Shown one piece after another: positions 18,771 to 28,257 of a stretch of DNA of 64,000 nt; position 1 is the stretch's first letter, and every line of letters starts with the position of its first letter. Under the pieces are notes generated by a model. It did no database searches. It was not told the origin of the DNA and worked only from the letters and a program-made list of their open reading frames with translations. A program made the translations under genes and the position numbers. Source of the DNA: Patescibacteria group bacterium AH-259-L05 (GTDB lineage Bacteria > Patescibacteriota > Patescibacteriia > UBA2591 > UBA6264); contig JALLOO010000002.1 in NCBI GenBank assembly GCA_027717985.1, forward strand, positions 7,257-71,256, written 5' to 3'.

Positions 18771-20389
18771 TTAATAATAAATTATTAATTATCAATAAGT
18801 GGCCATGGCTTGGCTATTTTTTTGTTTTTGCCCTTGGGTTTATTATTTTTATCTATATCCTTATCCCGCCTGGTATTATTGGCCCTGATAGTTTTTATCA
18901 CACCAAAATGGCACTTATGATACAAGAGCAGGGATTGATTAAAAGTTTTCCTTGGACACAATTTACCACATATAAGTACTTGTTTGTTGACCACCACTTT
19001 GGCTACCATTATCTTCTTATTCCATTTTTAAGTTTGCCATCACCTCAAAATCTTGATCCATCATCATTAGAGATTGATCAATTAATTAAAGCAAAGCTCG
19101 GAACTGCATTTTTTGCCGCACTTGTTTTTGTAATGATATATTGGTTTTTAAAACGGTTTAAAATAAAGGGTGCCTTATTATGGACACTGCTTACTTTTTT
19201 ACTTACACCGTTTTTGCTCCGACTTTCTTTAATCAGGGCGCCCGCAATTTCCCTTATTATTCTTATTTTAGGATTTTATCTTATTATAAAGAAAAAGTAT
19301 ATGTTGCTTTTTCTCCTCTCATTTATATACGTATGGACGCATGGCACCTGGCCGTTGATACTCGTAGTGGTAGTTATATATTGCTTGGCAAATGCGATAA
19401 AAGAATTGATTAATAAATGGCCGCACATACACATTTTAAAAATTTTCTTCAATAAAACAAACATCAAACTACTGTTAACATGTGTCTCTGGTCTGGCTGC
19501 TGGCTTAATCATTAATCCTTATTTTCCTAAAACACTGCCCTTTTACTGGTTTCAAACCATAAAAATTGCCATCATCAACTACTCAAATAAAATTGGTGTT
19601 GGCGCTGAATGGTACCCATTTGACCCCTCTCTTCTAATTATTGTCCTTCTGCCGCTTTTAATTTTCTGGGTTATTGCTACGGCATGGTTTATAACAAGGG
19701 TAAAAAAGCAAAATACCACTACTTGGTTTTTCACTCTCCTCTCTGTCTTCTTTCTCCTCTACTCATATAAAGCACAACGAAATATTGAATATTTTATTCC
19801 GCCCGCACTCTTTTTAAGTGCATTTATTTTTGGTCAAATGAAAGTTTATATAAACTGGAAGAATATTAAAAATAATATTGCAAAACTATTTCAAGGTCCA
19901 GAGGGTATATTTTACTTTTTATTCAGCATATTTTTTGCTGTTTTTATTGGCTTTTTTATTATTTTTTATCTTAATTTCAGTATTGTAAGACTGCATACGC
20001 AATACAAAGAAAAACGACCTATAAATCAATTTCAAATGGCATCGCATTGGCTTAAAAATAATACACAAAAGGGCGAGATTATATTTCAAAGCGACTGGGA
20101 TATTTTCCCGCAACTATTTTACTTTAATACTCATAATTACTACATCAATGGACTTGATCAAACCTTTATGTATGAATATGATAAAGAGTTGTATACTGCA
20201 TGGCACAATATAGTCTCTGGCAAAACAAGTCCTCAAGATATACTCCAAACTATATCAAAAAAATTTAATGCCTCGTATGTATTCATTGATAAAAAACAAG
20301 ACAAAACATTTGCCAAACTTCTAAAAAAATCTCCGCAGTTTAAAAAAACATATGAAGATGGTGAGGCAATTATCTACAAAATACCATGA
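18767..20389 (+). CDS. GT-C fold polytopic membrane glycosyltransferase (PMT/ArnT-like)
   Basis: More than 10 predicted TM helices. The start ATG overlaps the pgi stop (ATGA) and the stop overlaps the GT2 start. Confidence 0.5.
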   Translation: MINNKLLIINKWPWLGYFFVFALGFIIFIYILIPPGIIGPDSFYHTKMALMIQEQGLIKSFPWTQFTTYKYLFVDHHFGYHYLLIPFLSLPSPQNLDPSSLEIDQLIKAKLGTAFFAALVFVMIYWFLKRFKIKGALLWTLLTFLLTPFLLRLSLIRAPAISLIILILGFYLIIKKKYMLLFLLSFIYVWTHGTWPLILVVVVIYCLANAIKELINKWPHIHILKIFFNKTNIKLLLTCVSGLAAGLIINPYFPKTLPFYWFQTIKIAIINYSNKIGVGAEWYPFDPSLLIIVLLPLLIFWVIATAWFITRVKKQNTTTWFFTLLSVFFLLYSYKAQRNIEYFIPPALFLSAFIFGQMKVYINWKNIKNNIAKLFQGPEGIFYFLFSIFFAVFIGFFIIFYLNFSIVRLHTQYKEKRPINQFQMASHWLKNNTQKGEIIFQSDWDIFPQLFYFNTHNYYINGLDQTFMYEYDKELYTAWHNIVSGKTSPQDILQTISKKFNASYVFIDKKQDKTFAKLLKKSPQFKKTYEDGEAIIYKIP

Positions 20390-21108
20390 CTATATCTATA
20401 GTGGTGCCAACTTTTAACGAAGAAAAAATAATTGGCCAGTCAATTGATCAGCTATATGCGTTTTGTAAAAAAAATTTATCTAACTATTCCTGGACTATTA
20501 TTATCGCAGATAACGGCTCAACTGATAAAACGCTAGAAATTGTAAAAAACAAAAAAACTAAATACCCTCAGATTAAACATTTTCATTTGGAAAAAAGCGG
20601 CAAAGGCGGCACGATTAAATATGGATGGCAAACCTATCCTGCTGATATACATATTTTTATGGATGCTGATCTGCCTGTTGAACTTCGCTTTATTGACGAT
20701 CTTATCAAACCAATAATTAAAAAAAAATACGATATGTGTATTGGCTCACGCCATTTAAAACAAAGTAAACTACAATGGTCTTTTACCAGAATTTTTATCT
20801 CGCGTACCTACAATTTTATTACAAAACTATTTTTTAATATAAGCCTTAGTGATATGCATTGCGGCTTTAAAGCGGTTTCATCTAATATGGTAAAATTTAT
20901 CTTGCCAAAAATAAAAAATACTGGACTTTTTTTTGATACTGAGCTTGTTATTCTATCGCAGTACAGCGGATTTCGTATCAAAGAAGTTCCTGTGTCTTGG
21001 AAAGAAAAAGCTGGCCGAAAAACAAAAGTTAAGATTATTAAAACAGCAATAACTTATTTAAAAGAGCTCATTAAACTAAAAATGCGCCTTTTACGACGCA
21101 AAAAATAA
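20386..21108 (+). CDS. GT2 polyprenyl-phosphate sugar synthase (Dpm1-like)
   Basis: ISIVVPTFNEEKIIGQS...IIIADNGSTDKT...DADL. Confidence 0.75.
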   Translation: MTISIVVPTFNEEKIIGQSIDQLYAFCKKNLSNYSWTIIIADNGSTDKTLEIVKNKKTKYPQIKHFHLEKSGKGGTIKYGWQTYPADIHIFMDADLPVELRFIDDLIKPIIKKKYDMCIGSRHLKQSKLQWSFTRIFISRTYNFITKLFFNISLSDMHCGFKAVSSNMVKFILPKIKNTGLFFDTELVILSQYSGFRIKEVPVSWKEKAGRKTKVKIIKTAITYLKELIKLKMRLLRRKK

Positions 21109-21123
21109 ATCTCAATTTTTGTT

Positions 21124-21196
21124 TTGTCATTCCTTTTTTATTGTCATCCCGCACGAAACGCGGGATGACAAGGGGGTGTGCGGGATGACAAGGGGG
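21124..21196. repeat. GTCATCCCGC palindromic element, probable bidirectional terminator
   Basis: tgtcatcccgcacgaaacgcgggatgaca is a perfect 10-bp stem, followed by a second cgggatgacaaggggg half-site. It lies between convergent genes. Confidence 0.55.
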
Positions 21197-21206
21197 AGAA
21201 AACTTT

Positions 21207-21608
21207 CTATTCTGGAGCAGTTACCTCACTCAACCGCTCAATCACAAATGTAGCAATTGTATACGCTAAAATAACAATAATTAAGCCGACAACTGCGCTG
21301 GTTATAATACCCTTGGCTTTTTTTATTTTTTCCTCATTTCCACCCGAGGTCATCCACATAAATCCACCCACAATTAAAAGAACCACTAAAATAAGCCCTA
21401 ATAATTGTAACACAACTTTTACCATCCTGCCGACCAACGTTGGCACATCTGTTTCAGTTCCTAATCCTGCTTCGCCTGCAACATTTCGCAATTGTTCTAA
21501 CTGTGCAAAGGCAGGAGTAGCAATAATAAACAAAAATAAAAAAATGCTGACAAAACAAACAAATTGCGTGCCTGAAAAAACAGGCCTGCTATCTCTTATG
21601 CCTTCCAT
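21207..21608 (-). CDS. secreted bitopic membrane protein, paralog 1 (VirB2/TrbC-pilin-like topology)
   Basis: Sec signal peptide (…TPAFA/QLEQ), then TM1 ending LLIVGGFMWMTSGGNEEKIKKAKG, then TM2. Confidence 0.45.
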   Translation of the reverse strand: MEGIRDSRPVFSGTQFVCFVSIFLFLFIIATPAFAQLEQLRNVAGEAGLGTETDVPTLVGRMVKVVLQLLGLILVVLLIVGGFMWMTSGGNEEKIKKAKGIITSAVVGLIIVILAYTIATFVIERLSEVTAPE

Positions 21609-21631
21609 ACGATCTAATTTAATACTTCCTA

Positions 21632-21997
21632 CTAAGAGGCTCCTGTTACGCCCGTCAATTGATCAACAACAAATGTCGCAGCTGCGTATGCGATTATAAC
21701 AATCACTAAACCAATAATAGCTGCGCCCATCAACTGCTTTGCCTTGCCCACCTTTTCTTCATTCCCACCTGAGGTCATCCACATAAATCCGCCAACAATA
21801 AGCAAAATCGTAGCTATTAATCCGAGAAGGCTCAAAACAACCTTTACAATCGCGCCAATAACCTCTGGCAAACTTTTTGTCCCTAATCCAGCATTCTGCC
21901 CAAACTCAAGCAATCCTTCATTTAAAGCTTGCCCAAATGCTAATGAAGGCACCAATAGCAGTGAAACCAAAAGTGTAGAAGCAATAAGTTTTTTCAT
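21632..21997 (-). CDS. secreted bitopic membrane protein, paralog 2
   Basis: Signal peptide (…SLAFG/QAL) and LLIVGGFMWMTSGGNEEKVGKAKQ. Confidence 0.45.
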   Translation of the reverse strand: MKKLIASTLLVSLLLVPSLAFGQALNEGLLEFGQNAGLGTKSLPEVIGAIVKVVLSLLGLIATILLIVGGFMWMTSGGNEEKVGKAKQLMGAAIIGLVIVIIAYAAATFVVDQLTGVTGAS

Positions 21998-22099
21998 ACA
22001 AACTCTATTAATTTTTTAAACCCAACGACTTTATATACTATTTATACAAAATAAACCACAATTAGTCAAGTTTTCTACTGTGTATAACTTGTTGTATTG

Positions 22100-22250
22100 G
22101 AATTCCTAAATTCCGATACATACAAGAGGAAGGGGATCGGGGAAACGTAGTTTCCCCGTGGGGGTGACAGAAGCGAATGAAGTGAGCGACGCCAGAGGGC
22201 GGAAGCTCTATGGAGAACATAGTTCGCGAGCATTAGCGAGCGACTCCGTT
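22100..22250. repeat. GC-rich repeat/hairpin block within the pilin-like cluster
   Basis: cggggaaacgtagtttccccg is a perfect 9-bp palindrome, together with gaagtgagcgacg/gagcgactc motifs shared with 50058-50180. Confidence 0.4.
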
Positions 22251-22252
22251 CA

Positions 22253-22612
22253 TTACTCCCCTTTTAATGCCTTTAAAATAAACTCCAGAATTGCATAACT
22301 AAAGAAAATAAACGCCAATCCTATCACAGCCCATACAATCGTATCTTTTCCTTTTTTTATTTTTTCTGCATTTCCGCCTGAGGTCATCCACAAAATTCCC
22401 CCGTAGATAAACATTACCAAAGCCAAAACGCCCACAATGCCTAAAACTGCTTTAATAATCCTGCCAGCCAACTCTGGAATTGGTTCTTTCCCCTCTAAAT
22501 TTAGAGGGTCTTCCAATACTTGTGCAAACAAACTCTGGGACAACAATATATATACCCCTATCACCAAAACTACTATCATTCCTGCATAAATTTTATTTTT
22601 TTTATTTAGCAT
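22253..22612 (-). CDS. secreted bitopic membrane protein, paralog 3
   Basis: Signal peptide (…SLFA/QVL) and MFIYGGILWMTSGGNAEKIKKGKD. Confidence 0.45.
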   Translation of the reverse strand: MLNKKNKIYAGMIVVLVIGVYILLSQSLFAQVLEDPLNLEGKEPIPELAGRIIKAVLGIVGVLALVMFIYGGILWMTSGGNAEKIKKGKDTIVWAVIGLAFIFFSYAILEFILKALKGE

Positions 22613-22614
22613 AT

Positions 22615-23592
22615 TTATTTACAAGATGCATTTGTTATATCTTTTCTTATATCTAGTAACATCGAGGGGTCGACTTCCATTGCATACTTATACGTATATT
22701 CATCAACTATACCATTTTCTGCTAATCCAAAAAGGGATTCCTCTTTAAAGCCGTATTCTTGATAAAATCTATTATATGATTTTTTGAAGTTTATTGTGCA
22801 TATTTCTGTCTGCGATCCAAACTTTCCATCTATCCACTTACAATCGCATCCCATATCCTCTAATGCTCGCTGATAATTCTTAACTATTTGCGCTCTCCAG
22901 CATAAGCTATCCTCATTCTGAGGACTTACACAGTTATGACACCAGTAGGTAGTCGGAGCATCTTGAACAGGTGAAAAACAGCCAAAAGTATCAGGTTCTG
23001 GCTCCCATATATCTTCTATATCCCCAAGAAAACCAGGCCCTTCTACATCCTCAATCGGCAATTCTGGCCTTTCTGGCACCTCAAAACTTACATATTCTTC
23101 CTCAACTCCAAACATAGTACCAAGCACTCTAATTCCTGCTACCGCACCTAAAACAATCACCATGCCAACAACTGCGCCGCTGATAATCTTCTTACCTAAC
23201 TGCACCTTTCCAGTAGATCCGCCCGATGTTATCCAAATCACGCCGCCGATAATAAACATAAGCAAGGCAAAAACTCCTAAATATCTTAAAATTATTTTAG
23301 CAATATTAACTCCTAATGCTAAAAAGTTGCTTAAATCACAATCACCACAAAATACGCAAATTGGATCCCTCATCAACCATCCCAATTCACCGCCCTCCAC
23401 TACATTACCGCCCACTACTCTTTCCCCTTCTAGACCTCCCTGACAATTACATTTCCACGTCCCATCTTCTTGTTTTATACAGTCTGAATACCTATCGCCC
23501 CCAATCGCTCTTGGAAAAGCATATACAACAGAACTAATTAAAAATAACAAAAGCAATACTGCAAATATCAAAATTATTTTTTTAGAAAACAT
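22615..23592 (-). CDS. paralog 4: Cys-rich N-domain, pilin-like TM hairpin and C-terminal peptidoglycan-binding-like domain
   Basis: MFIIGGVIWITSGGSTGKVQLGKK core. N-terminal CIKQEDGTWKCNCQGG...CVFCGDCD. C-terminal CKWIDGKFGSQTEICTINFKKSYNRF...GLAENGIVDEYTY resembles PG_binding_1. Confidence 0.45.
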   Translation of the reverse strand: MFSKKIILIFAVLLLLFLISSVVYAFPRAIGGDRYSDCIKQEDGTWKCNCQGGLEGERVVGGNVVEGGELGWLMRDPICVFCGDCDLSNFLALGVNIAKIILRYLGVFALLMFIIGGVIWITSGGSTGKVQLGKKIISGAVVGMVIVLGAVAGIRVLGTMFGVEEEYVSFEVPERPELPIEDVEGPGFLGDIEDIWEPEPDTFGCFSPVQDAPTTYWCHNCVSPQNEDSLCWRAQIVKNYQRALEDMGCDCKWIDGKFGSQTEICTINFKKSYNRFYQEYGFKEESLFGLAENGIVDEYTYKYAMEVDPSMLLDIRKDITNASCK

Positions 23593-23594
23593 AT

Positions 23595-24974
23595 TTAATA
23601 TGTTAAATTCACTCTCTTAGCTCCATAATCAATCGCTCGCTCAACTGTTTTCTCGCCACTTAACACAGCAGAAACCATTTCTTCAAATGCTTCTTCAACT
23701 AATGAATAATTTTTTCCGTGATACCAGGTCTTGGCAGTTAACACCCCGCTTGCAAAGGGATTAAGATCAAAATCCTCTAACTGCATAGCAATCAATTCCC
23801 GGTGCGCCGTAGGATGTTTTGATCGTTCAACAAATGTTTTCGCATTTTGCGTCTCGGTGGCATACAATACAAATGCCCATGCTTCATGAGGATGCTCTGT
23901 TCTTTTTGATATTACTTCTATGGGATAGCGCGCATAATTTACTTCTTTTAATGATCCTGCGATTTGGGGAACTTTACTTATATCAAAATTTAACTTCGGC
24001 GCCTGCTCTTTAATTTTGGTTAAATAATCAGAATACCCAAAAATAAAGCCAACTTTTCCCGCAATAAAGGCATCTAATGATGGTTCCATTGCATTATTCC
24101 ATGTATAAATATCTGACCCTGGCTGGCTAAACCCAACATAAAATTGCATTGCTTCTTGCGCAGGAAAATATTTTGGATCATCAGGCAATGATTGATGAAA
24201 CGTTGCCGTATCACCGCGTTCATTTGCCATACGCGTGCCATTCTGAAACATTAATAATGATAAAATATCCGTAACATATGAAATATTTTCTGAAGCACCA
24301 AATGCAGCACCTGACTGGATAAACTCTCCATATCGATCTTGAAGCGTAAGCGCAGCAACATCTAGAGCAAATTCCTCCCATGTCTGCGGTGCATTTGCAA
24401 TCCTTGCGGAATTCAACATATCTCGATTATAATATAATGCTAACACGTCTAAGGAGAGCGGCAGTCCATATATTCTATTATCAATTACCACGTCTTTTGG
24501 CACTGCTTCAACAAATGTTTCGCGCAACTGTCGTAGGCCTGGTGCTTTTTTTACCTCTTTAATAAGTTTTGTTTCTTTTTTAATGCTACCCGTCGTGATT
24601 TGTTTTGCCATAATTACTTCGCCCCCGAGCTCTCGCGGCAAAATCTTGGACTGATATTTCCCCAGCCACGTATTAGGAATAGAAAAAATATCAGGTCCTC
24701 GGTCTTCAGCCCATGCTTCTAATAATTCTTGTTCATATTCTTGTTCTCGTATCACCCTATACGTAATAGAAACATGTGGATACAGTGCTTGAAATCCTTG
24801 GATAATGGCACCAAATGCATCTTGGCCGTCTTGTGTTCTCCAATACACCAAATTAACTGGCTTTGCCCGTTGTGCCAGTTCTTTTGATATTCCTCTACAC
24901 CCTAGACCAGCAGTAACAAAAAATACAGCAATGAGAGACAAAATAAATAATTTTGAATATTTTTTTCTAAACAT
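23595..24974 (-). CDS. ABC transporter family-1 (MalE-like) solute-binding lipoprotein, orphan
   Basis: Lipobox LGC, then LVYWRTQDGQDAFGAIIQGFQALYPHVSITY... No permease or ATPase is adjacent. Confidence 0.65.
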   Translation of the reverse strand: MFRKKYSKLFILSLIAVFFVTAGLGCRGISKELAQRAKPVNLVYWRTQDGQDAFGAIIQGFQALYPHVSITYRVIREQEYEQELLEAWAEDRGPDIFSIPNTWLGKYQSKILPRELGGEVIMAKQITTGSIKKETKLIKEVKKAPGLRQLRETFVEAVPKDVVIDNRIYGLPLSLDVLALYYNRDMLNSARIANAPQTWEEFALDVAALTLQDRYGEFIQSGAAFGASENISYVTDILSLLMFQNGTRMANERGDTATFHQSLPDDPKYFPAQEAMQFYVGFSQPGSDIYTWNNAMEPSLDAFIAGKVGFIFGYSDYLTKIKEQAPKLNFDISKVPQIAGSLKEVNYARYPIEVISKRTEHPHEAWAFVLYATETQNAKTFVERSKHPTAHRELIAMQLEDFDLNPFASGVLTAKTWYHGKNYSLVEEAFEEMVSAVLSGEKTVERAIDYGAKRVNLTY

Positions 24975-24988
24975 ATATCATCCCTCCT

Positions 24989-25078
24989 CTTGTCATCCCA
25001 CACTCAATGTGGGAAGACAGAGAGTGGGTTGGAATGACAAAAAAAGATGTCATTCCGCGGACTTTATCCGCGAGATTT
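24989..25078. repeat. GTCATCCCAC / TCATTCCGCGG palindromic elements
   Basis: tgtcatcccacactcaatgtgggaagaca and ccgcggactttatccgcgag hairpins lie between the solute-binding protein start and the galU stop. Confidence 0.5.
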
Positions 25079-25944
25079 CAAATATTTACTCTCCTTAAAA
25101 ACTTTCTTAAATCTTTATTAATCTCTTTATCTTTCAATCCAAGCGCAATATTTGCCTCTAAAAAGCTTTGTTTACTGCCTACAGTATACCACGCTCCTTT
25201 AAATTCGCAAGCATATGCTGGTCGTTTTGTGCGTAATAATCCGTCAAACCCCTCAACTAGACCAAACTCTTTTCCTTTTGGAAGTTTAATGCCCTGAAGC
25301 ACTTCAAGTATTTCAGGAGTAATAATATATCGTCCTACGATTCCTAATAATGAAGGCGCATGCTCTGGTTTTGGTTTTTCTACAATTTTGTGTAGCTGAT
25401 ATACTCCATCTTCCACTTTTATCCCCCCGACTGAACCAAAATATTTAATCTCGCTCTTTTTCACTCGCTTTACCGCAACTACAGGATCTCCATATCGTTT
25501 ATATACGTCAATGAGCTGTCCGATACATGGCGATGCACTATCAATAATGTCATCGCCAAGCATAACTACGCATGGCTCATCTTTTACAAATTCATAAGCA
25601 CACAAAATTGCATCACCAAATCCTTTGGGCTCACGTTGTCTAATAAATACAAACTCTGCCATGTGATGAATCGGGCGGATGCTTTTAAGCGCTTTTATTT
25701 TTTTGCGCTTTTTCAACCAATATTCCAATTCAAAATTATAGTCAAAATAGTCTTCAATTGCCCGCTTTGTTGAAGAGGTGATTAAAAAAATCTGCTTGAT
25801 TCCTGCCTTAACTGCTTCTTCTACCACGTAATGAATTACGGGTTTATCTACCACGGTAAGCATTTCTTTTGGCTGTGACTTGGTTGCGGGTAAAAACCGC
25901 GTTCCTAAACCAGCTACCGGAATAATTGCTTTAGTAATCTTCAT
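25078..25944 (-). CDS. galU: UTP--glucose-1-phosphate uridylyltransferase
   Basis: AGLGTRFLPATKSQPKEMLTVVDKP. Confidence 0.85.
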   Translation of the reverse strand: MKITKAIIPVAGLGTRFLPATKSQPKEMLTVVDKPVIHYVVEEAVKAGIKQIFLITSSTKRAIEDYFDYNFELEYWLKKRKKIKALKSIRPIHHMAEFVFIRQREPKGFGDAILCAYEFVKDEPCVVMLGDDIIDSASPCIGQLIDVYKRYGDPVVAVKRVKKSEIKYFGSVGGIKVEDGVYQLHKIVEKPKPEHAPSLLGIVGRYIITPEILEVLQGIKLPKGKEFGLVEGFDGLLRTKRPAYACEFKGAWYTVGSKQSFLEANIALGLKDKEINKDLRKFLRRVNI

Positions 25945-27134
25945 AACATTAATTTAATAAATCTTCGTTTTCCCACCTTAATTATCATACCAGACTTTGG
26001 CTCACATTCATACTGCCAGTTGTCAATTACGTTTTTGTCCACTTCTACTGCGCCCTGTTTTATTAATCTTCGCGCCTCGCCCTTACTTAAAGTCAATCCG
26101 CTCTCGCACAACAGATCAATTAATAAATATTTTTTCTTTTTTACGTTATATGTTGGAATATCTTGAGGTAATTCTTTATCTCGAAACACTCTATTAAATT
26201 CATCTTGAGCCTGGTGCGCAGCGTTTTCTCCATGATATAGCTTTACAATCTCATATGCTAACTTTTCCTTAAAATCCCGTGGATTAGCACCGCGACCCAT
26301 TGCAATAACCACTTTATTAATATCAGATAAACTCACATTCGTACATAATTCAAAATACTGTTCAATTAAATCATCACCCATTGACATTATTTTGCCATAT
26401 TGTTCTTGTGATGAATCAGTAATGGTAACAATATTCCCTTTTGTTTTACTCATTTTCTCACCATCAGTTCCAATCAACATCTTAAGCGTTATAATATCTT
26501 GTGGTTCTTGTTGATAGGCCCCTTGTATTTTTCTGCCTGCGAGTAAATTAAATAGCTGGTCATTGCCCCCCACTTCAACATCAGCTTTTACCGCGACTGA
26601 ATCATATCCTTGATATAAAGGATAAAGAAATTCACGAATAGAAATCTCTTCTTCATTTTTCAACCGCGTCCTAAAGTTACGACGTGCTAACATCTGTCCT
26701 ATACTAAAGAGCTCTGCAAGCTCGCCAAGCTGACGCGGTCTTAATTTGTTAATCCATTCACTGTTTCGGTGCCATTCTACTTTTTTATTATTTAAAATTT
26801 TTCCAATTTGTTTTTTATATGTTTTCAAATTTTTGTTTACTTGTTTTAGAGATATGAATGGCCGTTTATATAATTTATCAGACGGGTCTCCAATTTGTGC
26901 TGTATAATCCCCCAAAATTAAAACAATTGTATGCCCTAAATCCTGAAATTCTTTTAATTTCCACAAGACCATAGCATGTCCAAGATGAAGGTCAATCCCG
27001 GTGGGATCAATACCGTGCTTAATGCGTAACGTTTCACCAGAAATTAATCGCTTTTTCAAATGTTCAATAGCAATAACTTTCTCCACATTCCGAGATAAAA
27101 GATGCTCAATTTTACCCTTATCTGTTTTTGTCAT
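25941..27134 (-). CDS. tyrS: tyrosyl-tRNA synthetase
   Basis: HLGH (IDLHLGHAMV), KMSKT and a C-terminal S4 domain. Confidence 0.85.
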   Translation of the reverse strand: MTKTDKGKIEHLLSRNVEKVIAIEHLKKRLISGETLRIKHGIDPTGIDLHLGHAMVLWKLKEFQDLGHTIVLILGDYTAQIGDPSDKLYKRPFISLKQVNKNLKTYKKQIGKILNNKKVEWHRNSEWINKLRPRQLGELAELFSIGQMLARRNFRTRLKNEEEISIREFLYPLYQGYDSVAVKADVEVGGNDQLFNLLAGRKIQGAYQQEPQDIITLKMLIGTDGEKMSKTKGNIVTITDSSQEQYGKIMSMGDDLIEQYFELCTNVSLSDINKVVIAMGRGANPRDFKEKLAYEIVKLYHGENAAHQAQDEFNRVFRDKELPQDIPTYNVKKKKYLLIDLLCESGLTLSKGEARRLIKQGAVEVDKNVIDNWQYECEPKSGMIIKVGKRRFIKLML

Positions 27135-27192
27135 ATTTTTATGATACTACTTTAAAAACAAAAAAACAAGGTGAAATACTCACCCTGCTTCT

Positions 27193-27591
27193 TTACTCAA
27201 TTGAATTAGAAATTGAAACAGTAAATAATCCTAAGCGCCCTTTATACTTTATCGGAACAGGAAATTTATAAGAGTTCTCAAATCTCCATGCAAATGTATT
27301 ATCTCCATACGGACGCGACCCAACCTCTAGATGAAGTGGCCGGCATGTCTCCCATTCCTTTTCAGTTAACCTTTTTATTTCTATTAAATCCACCGTGCCT
27401 AACAAACAGCCAACCTCATTCTCTAATATAATAGTAATACCTAATCTTTTGCACTCTTCTTTTTCTACGGTGAGACCGGCATGAATTACTAATCTTCCTC
27501 GATATTTTGGCGCCCAACTTCGTATTTCAAACACCCTTTTGTCCTGTACTATCAAATTTGCCCATGGTTGATGAATCGACAATGCTTTCAT
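27193..27591 (-). CDS. ASCH-domain protein
   Basis: MKALSIHQPWANLIVQDKRVFEIRSW. The start ATG overlaps the HIT stop (ATGA). Confidence 0.6.
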   Translation of the reverse strand: MKALSIHQPWANLIVQDKRVFEIRSWAPKYRGRLVIHAGLTVEKEECKRLGITIILENEVGCLLGTVDLIEIKRLTEKEWETCRPLHLEVGSRPYGDNTFAWRFENSYKFPVPIKYKGRLGLFTVSISNSIE

Positions 27592-28085
27592 TAATAATCT
27601 CCTCCGCCTGGAATAGCCTTTCGAATACCACCGCGCGGATTGTCCTCGTCGCCCCAATATCGCGGCATAATATGTATATGCAAATGATGAATCGTTCTCC
27701 CAGCTGCTTCGCCTTCATTAACGCCCCAAATACATCCATCCATTTTCTTATCTATACCAACATGGGTTAACATTTGCTCGCACATTTGTCGAGAGCTCTC
27801 TTTAATAGGATTTTTCAAAAACCTCCTATATACCTCTTTCAAATCCGTCTTATTAATCAGTTTAATAACTGCAGGAATAATATGATAAAGCTCTGTCCAC
27901 TCAGGCGCTCTTAGGTCAAGGTCAAGCAATGAAACAACATGACGTTTTGGAATTATTTCTACGTGCCCAGGGGTTTTGGGAAATTTATCAAACCGCGCAT
28001 ACCAATATTTAGCTTCATAAATAACATCTATTCTTTCCTTATATATCTTGCAAAACAAACACTCATCTAACTCTTTGTCCCCCAT
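27591..28085 (-). CDS. HIT-family hydrolase
   Basis: HHLHIHIMPR histidine triad. Confidence 0.8.
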   Translation of the reverse strand: MGDKELDECLFCKIYKERIDVIYEAKYWYARFDKFPKTPGHVEIIPKRHVVSLLDLDLRAPEWTELYHIIPAVIKLINKTDLKEVYRRFLKNPIKESSRQMCEQMLTHVGIDKKMDGCIWGVNEGEAAGRTIHHLHIHIMPRYWGDEDNPRGGIRKAIPGGGDY

Positions 28086-28257
28086 AACATACCTCCTTTT
28101 GTTAAATGTTTTGAACTACCTCAACTATGCCACAAACTTAACCTTTTGTCAATCCCAAAACCATGCGCGATTTCCATTTCTAACCAAATCAGGACTCAGG
28201 CTTCTGATTCTAATTAAAAATAAATAAAAAAGGCTATCTAATGATAGCCTTAACTTA

